This document shows, in pieces, positions 26,607-37,393 of a DNA stretch of 64,000 nt. The stretch lies in NCBI GenBank assembly GCA_032718475.1, contig JAUCBJ010005441.1, positions 34,251 through 98,250 of the forward strand. Direction: 5' to 3'. The stretch's first letter is position 1. Each line of letters starts with the position of its first letter. The notes beneath the pieces are model-generated. The model saw only the letters and a program-made list of their open reading frames with translations, did no database searches and had not been told where the DNA came from. Position numbers and translations under genes: made by a program. This DNA is from Nemertoderma westbladi. Its lineage: Eukaryota > Animalia > Xenacoelomorpha.

Positions 26607-27390
26607 CGACCTTCCTGCACGGCTCGCCCCAATTTGATCTGAGTTCGAGTCGTACCATACTGGTTGCGCTATACTGTGTTCGCCAATATTTATATACTCT
26701 CCGTGATCCACCCATCATATCTGCGTTGTAATGTGCTGATTATAAACACATATTTTTATAGCCACATTTTATTTAGTTGCCAACCCGCTGTTTACTTGGT
26801 TTCTATTTAGTTCCATCTAGATTGTGTTTAATAGTTTAGTTTTATTTTTCATAGGTTAGTTCGCTAACACGTACCGAAGGTCCCGTGTTCAGTCCTCACT
26901 TATGACCGTCACTTTTTGCATGGCCCATACTGTAGGTAGGGTGTTTATTGCTCTCTCTCTACCTCTCGCATCGTGTAGTTAGAGTTAGGGGTATCCCAGT
27001 ACTAACCTTGGTATAATGCATACTTTTGTTTGTTTATATTAGGAACAAGGAGGGACAACAAGGTAAAACAAGTTGCGCCAGGCAGTTAGGCCGCACTGTG
27101 GATTAGGAACCATACAGTAGAGTACTAGGCCTCCGGACCTAGAACTGTAGTAGTTAGGCGGATACCTGTCTGACAGTACTGATAATGTGCGATCTGTTGC
27201 TGTTACCTATATTATTGGTCTATATTATATTATAATGTATATGTATCGCAATGTACTCACGGTATCGTACCTTTCCCATCGTTACTGATGCGAAGAGACA
27301 GTAACAATACCTGCAATATCTTACTGTAAAGTTTGTGAATCAAATCATAAATCCGACCTTCTCACCAAAACAGTAAACTCCAAGTAAGCG

Positions 27391-29002
27391 TGTTCGCGGT
27401 ATTTCAACTTTCCATAACGCGTGTTGAATATTTTTGTATTTATTTAAAATTGATTATTCCGATATTACTACTGGGTGCGGGACCATGGGTTTTGGGCACA
27501 TTCAAGAAACTGGGGGCGATTTATGGGCGAACTTTGGGGCAACTTACAGGGTACGGGAATAATTTCATAGTTATAAGGGCCAGGGGGGGATGGAAAATGC
27601 AAGCAGTATTCAGGTTAGCCTGAGTACTATTAGGCCCTGGCCAACTTCCTGCTGCCTGTAGGGGTGGATTTGGTAATGCGCCAGGCCTAAAGGACAAGGA
27701 CTGCCCTTAGCGGTCCCTGGCCAACAGCAGCCATTACGAGACTGAAAAGAACTCGGACTGCTGACTGCTTGTGTCAGGGATTTGCGACGGGCACCGACGG
27801 CCCCTTAGTAGCCAAGCCGTTCTGGTTCTCGATGATCGTTCCCTTCGGGGTTCGTGAGGGGTGAAGCGGACACGCGAACGGGTGGCCAACTAACGACTGC
27901 CCCCTGACCTAAGCCGTACTGGTTCTCGATGACCGATCCCTTCGGGGTTCGTGAGGGGTGGGACGGACATGCGAAAGGGCTGGCCACAGGACGGGTTTGA
28001 CGAGAACTGCCCTTAGCGGTCTCTGGTCAACGGCAGCTACTACGAGACTGAAAAGAACTCGGAACGCTGACTGCTTGTACTGGGATTTGCGACGGGAACC
28101 GACGACAGACCCCTTAGCCAAGCCGTACTGGTTCTCGATGATCGTTCCCTTCGGGGTTCGTGAGGGGTGGAACGGACACGCGATGGGGTCGAAAGACAAA
28201 GGACTAGACTCGACTAGACTCTACTGGCCTACCGACTGTTCGGAGCAGTTTCTCGGCTGCCGAAGCGACTACGAGCCTGAAACGGACTCGGAAAGCCTAG
28301 GTGGTTGGGTTTCTGTGATGAACCGACGGACCCCTAGCCAAGCCGTTCTGGTTCTCGATGATCGAACCCTTCGGGGTTCGTGAGGGGTGGAACGGACACG
28401 CGAACGGGTCCACCGACACGACAGACTCCTAGCCAAGCCGTACTGGTTCTCGATGACCGAACCCTTCGGGGTTCGAGAGGGGTGGTACGGATACGCGACA
28501 GAGTCTACCGACTGGACCGACCCTTAGCCAAGCCGTGCTGGTTCTCGATGATCGTTCCCTTCGGGGTTCGTGAGGGGTGGAACGGACACGCGACAGGGTC
28601 GACCGACACCGACACTACGGCACTAAGACTGGGACCGAGGGAAAATCTGGGGAACATTAGGTAGGCTAAAATTCTGAGCAAACAGTGGGTTATTAAATAA
28701 TATACTGTAGGGATTTATATTATCGTGTATAATTATTGTGAATATTTGGTGTATATTGATTTGGGGAAGCCCAAAATTATTCTTAATCAAGTTTCAATGA
28801 TGTTGAACGGGTTTCAACTATAGGAAGTTACATTAAAGAGTATATCCAACTAATGCAGCTTTTTATCAACCGCAAACTTGCATCTCAGAAAATATTCCCT
28901 CCCCACAATCAATATCCGGTGACTGGCCGGGGCTCGGTGGTCTGTTAAGTCACGTCTCCAGCATCGGCGTTTTTCCCCCCTGGTGTAGGGATAACGGCAA
29001 CA
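27391..29002 (+). repeat. 5' LTR of element B
   Basis: Direct repeat of 37394-39005 at offset 10003. Confidence 0.97.
27702..28612 (+). ncRNA. Array of nine structured-RNA modules in LTR B (six kink-turn/UUCG hairpins and three GAAA-loop hairpins)
   Basis: Repeated CCGT(T/A)CTGGTTCTC-GAT-GA-T-CG..CCC-TTCG-GGGTTCG-T-GA-GGGGTGG(A/T)ACGG with compensatory changes between copies. Confidence 0.75.
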
Positions 29003-29253
29003 AAATTAAGAATAATTCACGTGGTTAATTTTGACAGGGTGTCAAAATTAAGAATAATTACGGTCAACTTCAACTGGTGGAAGTTGAGAATCCTTCAATA
29101 CTCTTCAAAAACTCTCTACGTGCTTGCCAGCACCCACTACGAGGAAACTCTGGTATTTGAGTTGAGACAAAGTCGTGGTTTAATTAATCAGCAAACTCGA
29201 TCTAACCAACTCGTAGTCGGCAGATCACATATTTGGAGAGTTGTTAACAGGGA

Positions 29254-29445
29254 ATGGAAGTATCGATCACACCCATTGATATAATTCAAGTTGAGCCAGG
29301 AATCTGGCACGTCGAAGTTGAGGTACAAGGAACGAACGTTGGACGATTCAGGATTACTGTTCGGGTGGTCCAAGCTGAGTACAATACCTACGAGGAACTG
29401 TTTTACGACATCGCGTATCTAGCCATCGACGAGGCGTTACAATGA
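29254..29445 (+). CDS. 63-aa upstream ORF overlapping the gag start (ATGA stop-start)
   Basis: ATG-initiated; its TGA (29443-29445) overlaps the gag ATG (29442-29444); protein-like amphipathic pattern. Confidence 0.4.
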   Translation: MEVSITPIDIIQVEPGIWHVEVEVQGTNVGRFRITVRVVQAEYNTYEELFYDIAYLAIDEALQ

Positions 29446-32400
29446 CAACAAATAACGTATCCGATACCGACGAGATGGATCACCACACAGACTCGGAAGC
29501 CGACGAGGTACCAAACGTCAAGAACATGACCCGTCGGTTAGGGGCTCTTAAAGGCGGAGTAACCCGAGCGTATCAACGGATGGAGAAACAACTCAAAGGA
29601 GTCAAAACCCCCCTCAATGAGGTACAAACTCAGCTTCAAAGTATCCGAAATATCCTACAGCGGTACGAAAGAATGATACAGGTGTACCAAGAGCTCGTTC
29701 CCCCCACCGATCAGGAAAACTACCCCAAGTTGGAAGAACACGTTGTACATCTAGATGGGTTCCGCAAACAACACCGGAGGACCCTCAGCCTTGTGAGAGG
29801 CTATGAGGAACAGTATTACATGAGGGCTGACGCGGAATCAGTACGATCCTCCATCATCAGGACAGCAGTACATCGTAAGAGAACGGGGTCTGCTAGAAAT
29901 CAGCACTCCAGCGCTAGGAGCGAGATATCCGGCTCGGCGCGCAGTTCTCAAGGGGCGCCGCCACTCCGAGACCAACTGCGAGAACGGAAGGCATTAGCCC
30001 TCAAAGCTCGGATGGAAGATGAGTATATTCAACTGCAAGCCGAGCAAGATGTATTAGCCGCCGAAACACAAAAGCGAGAGGCCGAACAAGCGGCCGAACG
30101 GCAGGCCGAACAACGCGAACAGGAGGCCGAACAACATAGACGAGAAGCCGAATGGCAGGCCGAACAACGTAAACAGGAGGCCGAACAACATAGACGAGAG
30201 GCCGAACGACAGGCCGAACAACGCAAACAGGAGGCCGAACAACGCGGACGAGAGGCCGAACGAGAGATCGAACAACGTAAATGGGAAGCGGAAATGCGTA
30301 AACAACACGCCGAGGCCCAAGCAATTCTTATCCACAAAAAGAATGCGGATATTGCAAAACTCGCAGAATACGAAGCCGCACTTATAGAACGAGATATTCA
30401 ACTCTACGAGGACTGGGAAAGGGATATAGATCAGGAATATGAACCAATTCCGGTACCGGAGTTAGAAAAGTCATTTACACCAACAGCGGCGAAACCTCCG
30501 AAACCCGAGATCCTGCCTACCAAACAGTCTACGCTATCGGCACAAGCCCCGGTGTTCCATCCCCCACCAGCTACGCTAAAGAATGAGGAACCTTATTTCC
30601 CATCCAACACCACGACAGCGAGTGTACCCAAGTACGAGCCTGAAAGGGACTCGGAACGGGACGCCACTCCCCGATCTAACAACCCATTTACATCCACACC
30701 ACAAACTCGTAGCCGCGTCATTATTAAAACTCCACCTATTATTGATCCATCAAGTATGGGAGTGAGTGCCAATAACTATAACCCTCCGAGTCACTCTAGT
30801 TCAGACGACGTCAGCATCATCCGGGCGTTGGAGAACCGCCTTGCCATGCCTAAGATGGAGATTCGCACCTTCGAAGGAGATCCCGTCGATTACCTCAGAT
30901 TCAAGAAACGGTTCTTTGCACAGATCGGATCAACGGACATAGCCGACGCACAGAAATTGGTATATTTATCGCAATACCTGGGTGACAAACCACGCAGAAT
31001 TGTTGCATGTTTTGAAGGAGGTTCTCATGAGGCATACTATGACGCATGGAAAACTCTAGATAAAAGATACGAAAATACCAGAACTATAATTAATAAAACT
31101 CTAGAGAGACTGATACAGGACGCAGGATCACTAGGGGACCCACAGAACATACAGGAATTCTCCGACTCTATGAAGGATGCCTACTATACTCTGAAACCCT
31201 TAAATAAAGAGGACCAGGTGAACAACATTCTAAACCTCCGACAGATCGCCAAGAAGTTCCCCGGATGGCTACAAAGTAAGTGGGCTTATAAATGTGTAGA
31301 TCTCCGGCGCAGACATCCAGATCGAGATCCTAGCTTCCTTGAAATGTCGGCATTCCTGGACGATATCTCCGAAGCCATGAATGACTCGATGTTTTCAAAA
31401 CAAAGTCTCGCAAAGTTGGACGGAATAGAGAGCAACTCCAGGAGTAAGATAACCCCTCCGAAACCGAGATTCCGCCCCCCACCGGTAAGTACGATGGCCA
31501 TTACCATGGCCGAGGATTCCGACGACGAAGACTACGAGGAACCGACATCCGCCAAGGAATGGGCATGTTATCTCGCGAGTTGGGCACCCAAAAGGGAAGG
31601 CATCACAAATCCCCTGCTCTGTCTCTTCTGTGGGGAGAAACACAAAGTGGAATTCTGCAGAAAGTTTCAGTTCGCCGAACTCGTCCCACGCTTCGAGGCG
31701 ATAATGAAACACCGAGGATGCTTCCGGTGTCTTGGAACAGGTCACTATGTTCGGGAGTGCGACCAAAGATCATGCTGTACTGTCTGTAACGACCAACGCC
31801 ATCACACGCTCCTCCACATCCCCGCGAACTTCGATTTTACTACCCTCCCCTTTCGGATCGAAGCCAGGCGAAGAGGAGAAACAAACCACGTCTTCAAAGG
31901 AACCCGGACAACCCAATGGAGAGAAACCAACCCGTTTAAAATCTCAACCGATACACCACAAGTAACAAATATTTCGGCCACGAGTAATCTTATAAATCGC
32001 CGCTACATGGTCTTCGCAAAGGTAATCCCAGTAAGGATCCAAGGAGTCGGCAAATCTTTGACGACACTCGCATTCCTCGATAACGGGTCCGACGGAACCA
32101 TCATCGACCGGGATTTCCTCGAGCAACTCGGCCTAGAATATGAACCTTGTAAACGGCCCATACAAACCATCACCGATAACAGAGAGGTAGAGTCCGGGGA
32201 GGTGCAACTCCAGATGGAAGGAGTGATGAAGGGCTACGAAACGGTTAAGTTAACCATCAAGAACGCCTTGGTACACACAGACCTCCGGGTGCGGTTCCGA
32301 CAATCAGCCGAGTACGCCCCCCTCATACAATTGGACCGAGACGATGTAGACCTGAGGTGTCCGCAGTTGGACGTAAACCGCATCACCCTACTGATCGGAC

Positions 32401-33359
32401 TTGATACACCGGAATTACACATACCTACCGGAGATGTCGCCCGATCCATAAAGAAAGATGACGGCTTTTACGCTGAACGAACCATAATGGGATGGACCCT
32501 CTGCGGCATCAAGGAAGAAACTACTGACACCTATACATATCTTCCTAAATGTCAGAATAAAGAAAATGTAACATCCGTGGGATATTGCTCAGCTACAGAC
32601 CTCGATGAGGATTTATTTCTCGAAACCGAGAGAACCCAGCGGGAGATGACCGGATGCTTTAATGTGGAGACCCGAGAGTTTGCCGAGAAGGACGAGAATC
32701 CGTCCGAGGAAGATCAATATTGTACCAACATTTTTGATCAGGCCACGTTCAAAGACGGACATTGGCGCGTGCCCATGATTTGGTGGCTAATAAGATTGTT
32801 GATGATAATAATGACGTTGATAACATTGACACCATTAACGGGAGAGCACGGACTAATCTGCCGTAATACCCGGATGGCGAACGCCTCAGTTGAGTCCCTC
32901 ACTCCTAACCACCTACTGGGGAGACCCAAAACCCACGTTCTCCCAGAGACCATGTTCCCGGATCCCAGCGAGATCGCGAAACATACAAACTGGAAAAAGG
33001 CCCAAGCGTTGGCAGCGCATTGGTGGAGAATTTGGGCCCGGGAGTACCTCATAACCCTCCGGACCAGGAGGAAATGGAACAACACCTACCGGAACGTCGC
33101 AGTTGGCGACATGGTACTAGTTAGAGAAGATCTCAAAGACCGCGTCCACTGGCCTGTGGCGCGGGTCGTGACCATACACCCAAGCAAAGACGGACTTGCG
33201 AGGACTGTGAAGATACGAACGAAATCGGGCCACTACCAACGCCCCATCCAGAAGCTGTGCCTTCTTGAAGGCAATGATAGCGGTGACTCTACGAGAGGTG
33301 ATAAAATCCCTATTCAAGATCCTGCTGCGGACATTGGTGACAATTATAAATGTGTTTAA
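29442..33359 (+). CDS. Element B Gag (DUF1759-like, zinc knuckles) plus aspartic protease, fused in frame to the integrase C-terminal (DUF5641-like) tail; 1305 aa
   Basis: FEGDPVDYLRF; CLFCGEKHKVEFC, CFRCLGTGHYVREC, CTVCNDQRHHTLLH; AFLDNGSDGT; then LTPNHLL..WWRIWAREYL..VGDMVLV..DGLARTV..RPIQKLCLLE. No YVDD, RNase H or DDE core. Confidence 0.92.
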   Translation: MTTNNVSDTDEMDHHTDSEADEVPNVKNMTRRLGALKGGVTRAYQRMEKQLKGVKTPLNEVQTQLQSIRNILQRYERMIQVYQELVPPTDQENYPKLEEHVVHLDGFRKQHRRTLSLVRGYEEQYYMRADAESVRSSIIRTAVHRKRTGSARNQHSSARSEISGSARSSQGAPPLRDQLRERKALALKARMEDEYIQLQAEQDVLAAETQKREAEQAAERQAEQREQEAEQHRREAEWQAEQRKQEAEQHRREAERQAEQRKQEAEQRGREAEREIEQRKWEAEMRKQHAEAQAILIHKKNADIAKLAEYEAALIERDIQLYEDWERDIDQEYEPIPVPELEKSFTPTAAKPPKPEILPTKQSTLSAQAPVFHPPPATLKNEEPYFPSNTTTASVPKYEPERDSERDATPRSNNPFTSTPQTRSRVIIKTPPIIDPSSMGVSANNYNPPSHSSSDDVSIIRALENRLAMPKMEIRTFEGDPVDYLRFKKRFFAQIGSTDIADAQKLVYLSQYLGDKPRRIVACFEGGSHEAYYDAWKTLDKRYENTRTIINKTLERLIQDAGSLGDPQNIQEFSDSMKDAYYTLKPLNKEDQVNNILNLRQIAKKFPGWLQSKWAYKCVDLRRRHPDRDPSFLEMSAFLDDISEAMNDSMFSKQSLAKLDGIESNSRSKITPPKPRFRPPPVSTMAITMAEDSDDEDYEEPTSAKEWACYLASWAPKREGITNPLLCLFCGEKHKVEFCRKFQFAELVPRFEAIMKHRGCFRCLGTGHYVRECDQRSCCTVCNDQRHHTLLHIPANFDFTTLPFRIEARRRGETNHVFKGTRTTQWRETNPFKISTDTPQVTNISATSNLINRRYMVFAKVIPVRIQGVGKSLTTLAFLDNGSDGTIIDRDFLEQLGLEYEPCKRPIQTITDNREVESGEVQLQMEGVMKGYETVKLTIKNALVHTDLRVRFRQSAEYAPLIQLDRDDVDLRCPQLDVNRITLLIGLDTPELHIPTGDVARSIKKDDGFYAERTIMGWTLCGIKEETTDTYTYLPKCQNKENVTSVGYCSATDLDEDLFLETERTQREMTGCFNVETREFAEKDENPSEEDQYCTNIFDQATFKDGHWRVPMIWWLIRLLMIIMTLITLTPLTGEHGLICRNTRMANASVESLTPNHLLGRPKTHVLPETMFPDPSEIAKHTNWKKAQALAAHWWRIWAREYLITLRTRRKWNNTYRNVAVGDMVLVREDLKDRVHWPVARVVTIHPSKDGLARTVKIRTKSGHYQRPIQKLCLLEGNDSGDSTRGDKIPIQDPAADIGDNYKCV

Positions 33360-33638
33360 ACCCTTCTCATCATGTTGACAAACTCTTTTAAAACTGTGAT
33401 TTACTGACAATGAGTTATGGACCCCCTTAAACCAACTGTAACCACGCAATGGTATTTGTGTTTCCTCGTGTGTTATGTGGAGTCCAGCTTCACCCTGCAG
33501 ATGTTTCGACTGACGCAGGGTCGTTTATGTATTGTTTACCCTGATTTTGGTCATCGGGACCAACGGTATTGGATTATTGGAAATGGAAAAGATTTGAAGT
33601 GGAATTCATTGTATTCATCGCAGTATGTTATGTTGTCC

Positions 33639-34049
33639 GTTGCGTGCGCAGTTCGGGGCGTAGGCGGTGTAACGAGTCCAGCTGTAGATCCCGGATTGCC
33701 GCGCAACACCCCCTCTATCCCGTTATTCTGGTGGGTCCATGGTGCATCCACATGACTTCGACGATAGAGGGTTTTATGTTTCTCAGTCGCGTTATTCTGG
33801 TGGGACCGTTACGTGGATTTTGGGGCGTAGGCGGTGTAACGAGTCCAGCTGTAGATCCCAGAATGTTGCGTAACCCCATCCCACATGACTTCGTCGACTG
33901 AGCTTTATGTTGTTGGGAGTGTTATTCTGGTGGGTCCCTGGTGCATCCACGTGACTTCACTCCTAGCGTCGTCATTGTCCGTTACGTGCGCAGTTTGGGG
34001 CGTAGGCGGTGTAACGAGTCCAGCTGTAGATCCCAGATTGCCCCGTAAC
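33639..34049 (+). ncRNA. Three copies of a covarying hairpin with an invariant 38-nt core, plus three copies of a second motif, between B's ORFs
   Basis: Core GGGGCGTAGGCGGTGTAACGAGTCCAGCTGTAGATCCC at 33639-33707, 33808-33874 and 33981-34049, with differing but complementary flanking arms. Confidence 0.7.
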
Positions 34050-34612
34050 ACCCCTTCCACGACAAAGATTAGCCAAAGAAAATGATTGAATATAGTTGGA
34101 AACGATGAAAAGGATCAGACAACTCTACTATAAACCTGAATGATGACGCGTATACTGATGAAAATGTAATGATGCGCACCCTGGTGCTGCGCTTATAACA
34201 ATGATGATAGCCGGGGGGCTATAAACCCAATGATGATGTGGAAATAAATAAATGTGAAATAAATGGTGGAAATAAATGTGATGAAATATACGTGGAAATA
34301 AATGAAATAAGATGAAATAATAATGAAATGAAAAAAGACAAAAAAAAAAAAAAGGTATAAAAAAGGTCAAAGAAAAGAATTAGAAAAAAAAGAAAAGGAC
34401 AAAAAAGTCATAAAAAACTGGTTGGATATTATGTATAGCTATAGTAACTGTAAATGCTGAATGTATTAGCAATAAGATGATAGATGCCTATATAGCAATG
34501 TTATTAATAAACTGAATTAAATAAAAACTGAATTATTCTGCTATCGCTATAGTTTCAGACTTTCTGGACTTATAATTAACTGATCTAATTTGTAACGGAT
34601 ATAATCGTAAAT

Positions 34613-37228
34613 ATGGACCCAAATCGCCAAATTATCGGGGAATTACGTAACACGATAGATTTACTGGAATATTCGCAACCCGGATCCCCTGACTTTGATA
34701 CAAATTGGAGCACCCTGCTAAATGAGAACGTGCGAGTCATTAAATTCACCGGGCGAGAGGGACCGGATTCTAAGAATCTACGAGCCCTCCGGTTAGCCGA
34801 TGCTAGTACGAGACTGAAAAGAACTCGGAACGCAAAGGCAACCGGAGGGGACGATTCGTCGTTTTGGGAAACGTTCCGGCAGAGCGTCTACAGATCCCGA
34901 TGTTTGATCTACGACAACGAGGGAAACGCGACGCCCACCTCGAAAGCGATTACATTGGCGAGATGTCAAAGTTTCGTCGACGACAAGAGTACGTACCTCG
35001 CCCACTGGGGAAACCTGTCGGAGTGTACGGCGACGCTTCGAGAGGAACGCGTATCGATTATCCAAAACTGAGACGACTACCAAGAAAAGTACGGGGCGAA
35101 AGAATACGGTCGATCCTTAGTCGTCATCCTCGGAACCCTGGACGGTTTGGTACTGGTGTGCCGAATATTCCCGACACCCAGACAGGAAGTGCAGGCAGCC
35201 GGAGCGATCTGGTTGCTGCCTCCGGAAATCCAAAAGATCCTCTTCGACTTCGACGTCATTAAAATCGGGTCGGATATCAAGGCGGACGTCCGGAACGACT
35301 ACGCGAACGCCCCTGCAGGAAGAAACCGACGAGACGACCTCAACGCCCTTAGCCATTGCATCGACACTCAAACGCTACTAGCCTGGTTACGATTCGCCGA
35401 GTTCATGCGAGGATTCCAAGAGGTGAGACCGACGAAATCCGGGATCGGCTACCTCGCTGTGCTCAACGGCGGTATCGACTTCAAACCCCAGAAATTCCGG
35501 GACTATAATAAAATATACGGTGGATACCCGGGATTGGAAATAAAGAGCGAGCGAGAGGGTCGATGGAAGGACGTTGATCGGAAGTGGACGATACACCAAA
35601 GGTGGGAGAATCCTGATCGACGGAACTACATTTACGTCGTTATGGAGTGCTACACCGTCGCTAAGTTTATCTGTAAAACTCTCGATAACCTTATTACGGC
35701 GGTCCCCCTTTCCTTCGTCGACTACGACTGGAATGAGGTTATAAACCACGCGTTTAAAGCGGTCGAGAACATTACACCGGGAGAATCGAAAACGCCCGCC
35801 GTTATCGATTCCTGGGACGAGAGCGGACCTTACAACATCCCTACGATTACCGAACTTCTCGGTGCGGAGGAGCCTCTGATCTCCTCGGAAGGGGAAGAGA
35901 TATGGCTAAACGAGGGTGTTCTACTCTCCACCCCGAAGCGACAACTCGAGCCGGAGGCCGCGTATGGACCGGCCGCCAAATGGGTTGCCTCGGCCGAACC
36001 GATGAAGAGAGCAGGCGTTTACACCCCACGCGGCTCCGGTAGCCCCGCGAGGGAGGTAGCCACTACAGCTGCATTGAGCGACTTCGGCGACATATGCCAA
36101 CGGTTATCCCCGGGTGTCCATTTCCGGTATCCTTTCCCGGGTGGCGAAGATTGGTCGTCGGAGATCCCGAGTACCAGCCACCAACGGACCCGCTCAGCGA
36201 TACTGGTCGAGGAGGGACCCAGCGATGCGCCGACCCCCGACGATCTCCTCGGTATCCCTCCGTCTAAAACCCCGGCACCTCTTCGCCGACCAGCGGTGGC
36301 TACTACACCCGCCATTCCTCAGGACCCTATGCGACTAACCCGTTGGTACGCCGAGCAAACTGAATGGATCCACCGCCAGAAACGGTCATCCGAGTTGAGA
36401 CCAGCAGGACACAAAGAAGGTTATCGGAGCGAGAACCTACTACGCAAAAGCCTAGCATTCCGCGGGCTACCGACCACCGAGAATATTCCGAAGAGCGACC
36501 GACGACTCGAATACTACGTCGGCGTCCCGATTCCGATATTTCCTGGTCGTGAGATGCAGTTGGAGGTATGCGGCGACTGTGGTTCGGAGCAGTGCCCACG
36601 CGGCAGAAGGAATCGGGTTACCGATTCATGCCTCCAGCTCCTCGGGATACTCTATTGCCCATACTGCGCGACATCGGGCCACGACGTTTCCGTCTGTCCG
36701 ATCCTTTATAACCTCTGCACCACGTGCGGTTTCCGTGGACATTCCTCTAGCCCCCGCTGCTATATCAAATGTCCAACCAAAGACGTTACCGCTATGGGCA
36801 ATATGGTCATGTTTGAGACATACGCAAACAGCCACTTAAAGACCAAGGTTCGGAGAAACGCTCGGAATATCGCGCAGGAGATGGCGTGCGGATATTTCTC
36901 CTTCCCGGAATGCCTCCACACGTCGGCCACGCTACCTTTCCATTACGTGGATCTGCTACTGAGCGCCGGATTATTCGGTCCATTTGAAGTCATTAGACGA
37001 TTATACTCGTATAAAGAGGAGTTCGGTGACGGAGAATGGTTCCTAGAGGCACGCAAATCTGAGTTGGAGAGACGAACCGACATGATCCCGATGCCTTCGA
37101 AAGGAAGAGCCGCCAGGAGACAAGCCGAAGCGTTACTCACGATGGATGTTGACGCTCCTCTACCAGCCATAGCGATCGATGAGAGTCGACGGGCGAAGAG
37201 ACGAAAGGCGTATCAGAGAAAGAAATAG
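34613..37228 (+). CDS. Element B extra ORF: DEDDy/WRN-like 3'-5' exonuclease fold plus CCHC knuckles (871 codons, one in-frame TGA at 35069-35071)
   Basis: ORFs 34613-35071 and 35147-37228 are in the same frame. ExoI IYDNEG, ExoII LPPEIQKILFDFDVIKIGSDIKAD, ExoIII-like IYVVME; knuckles CPYCATSGHDVSVC and CTTCGFRGHSSSPRC. Confidence 0.75.
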
Positions 37229-37393
37229 TGGATCGGGATATTCCAGGAACATTTATCGAACATTTATTTTTATACAAACTCTAGGCCAAATTAATTAAAA
37301 ACTATGCAATATTAAATTTGGGTTTTTTATATTGGGAATGACCTACGCAAACTCAATCGACCGACAGACTTCACGAAGGTCATTGGGGGGGAC

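Noticed and set aside
27702-28612. CRISPR-like repeat/spacer appearance
   Set aside because: Units are ~80 nt, the intervening sequences are irregular and related to each other, there are no cas genes, and the context is a eukaryotic LTR.
27805-28664. Short ORFs in LTR B (and their copies at 37808-38667)
   Set aside because: By-products of GC-rich structured repeats; the variation preserves base pairing, not codons.
30001-30401. Antisense ORFs over the Gag coiled-coil repeat (also 53491-53922)
   Set aside because: Shadows of repetitive coding sequence on the opposite strand.
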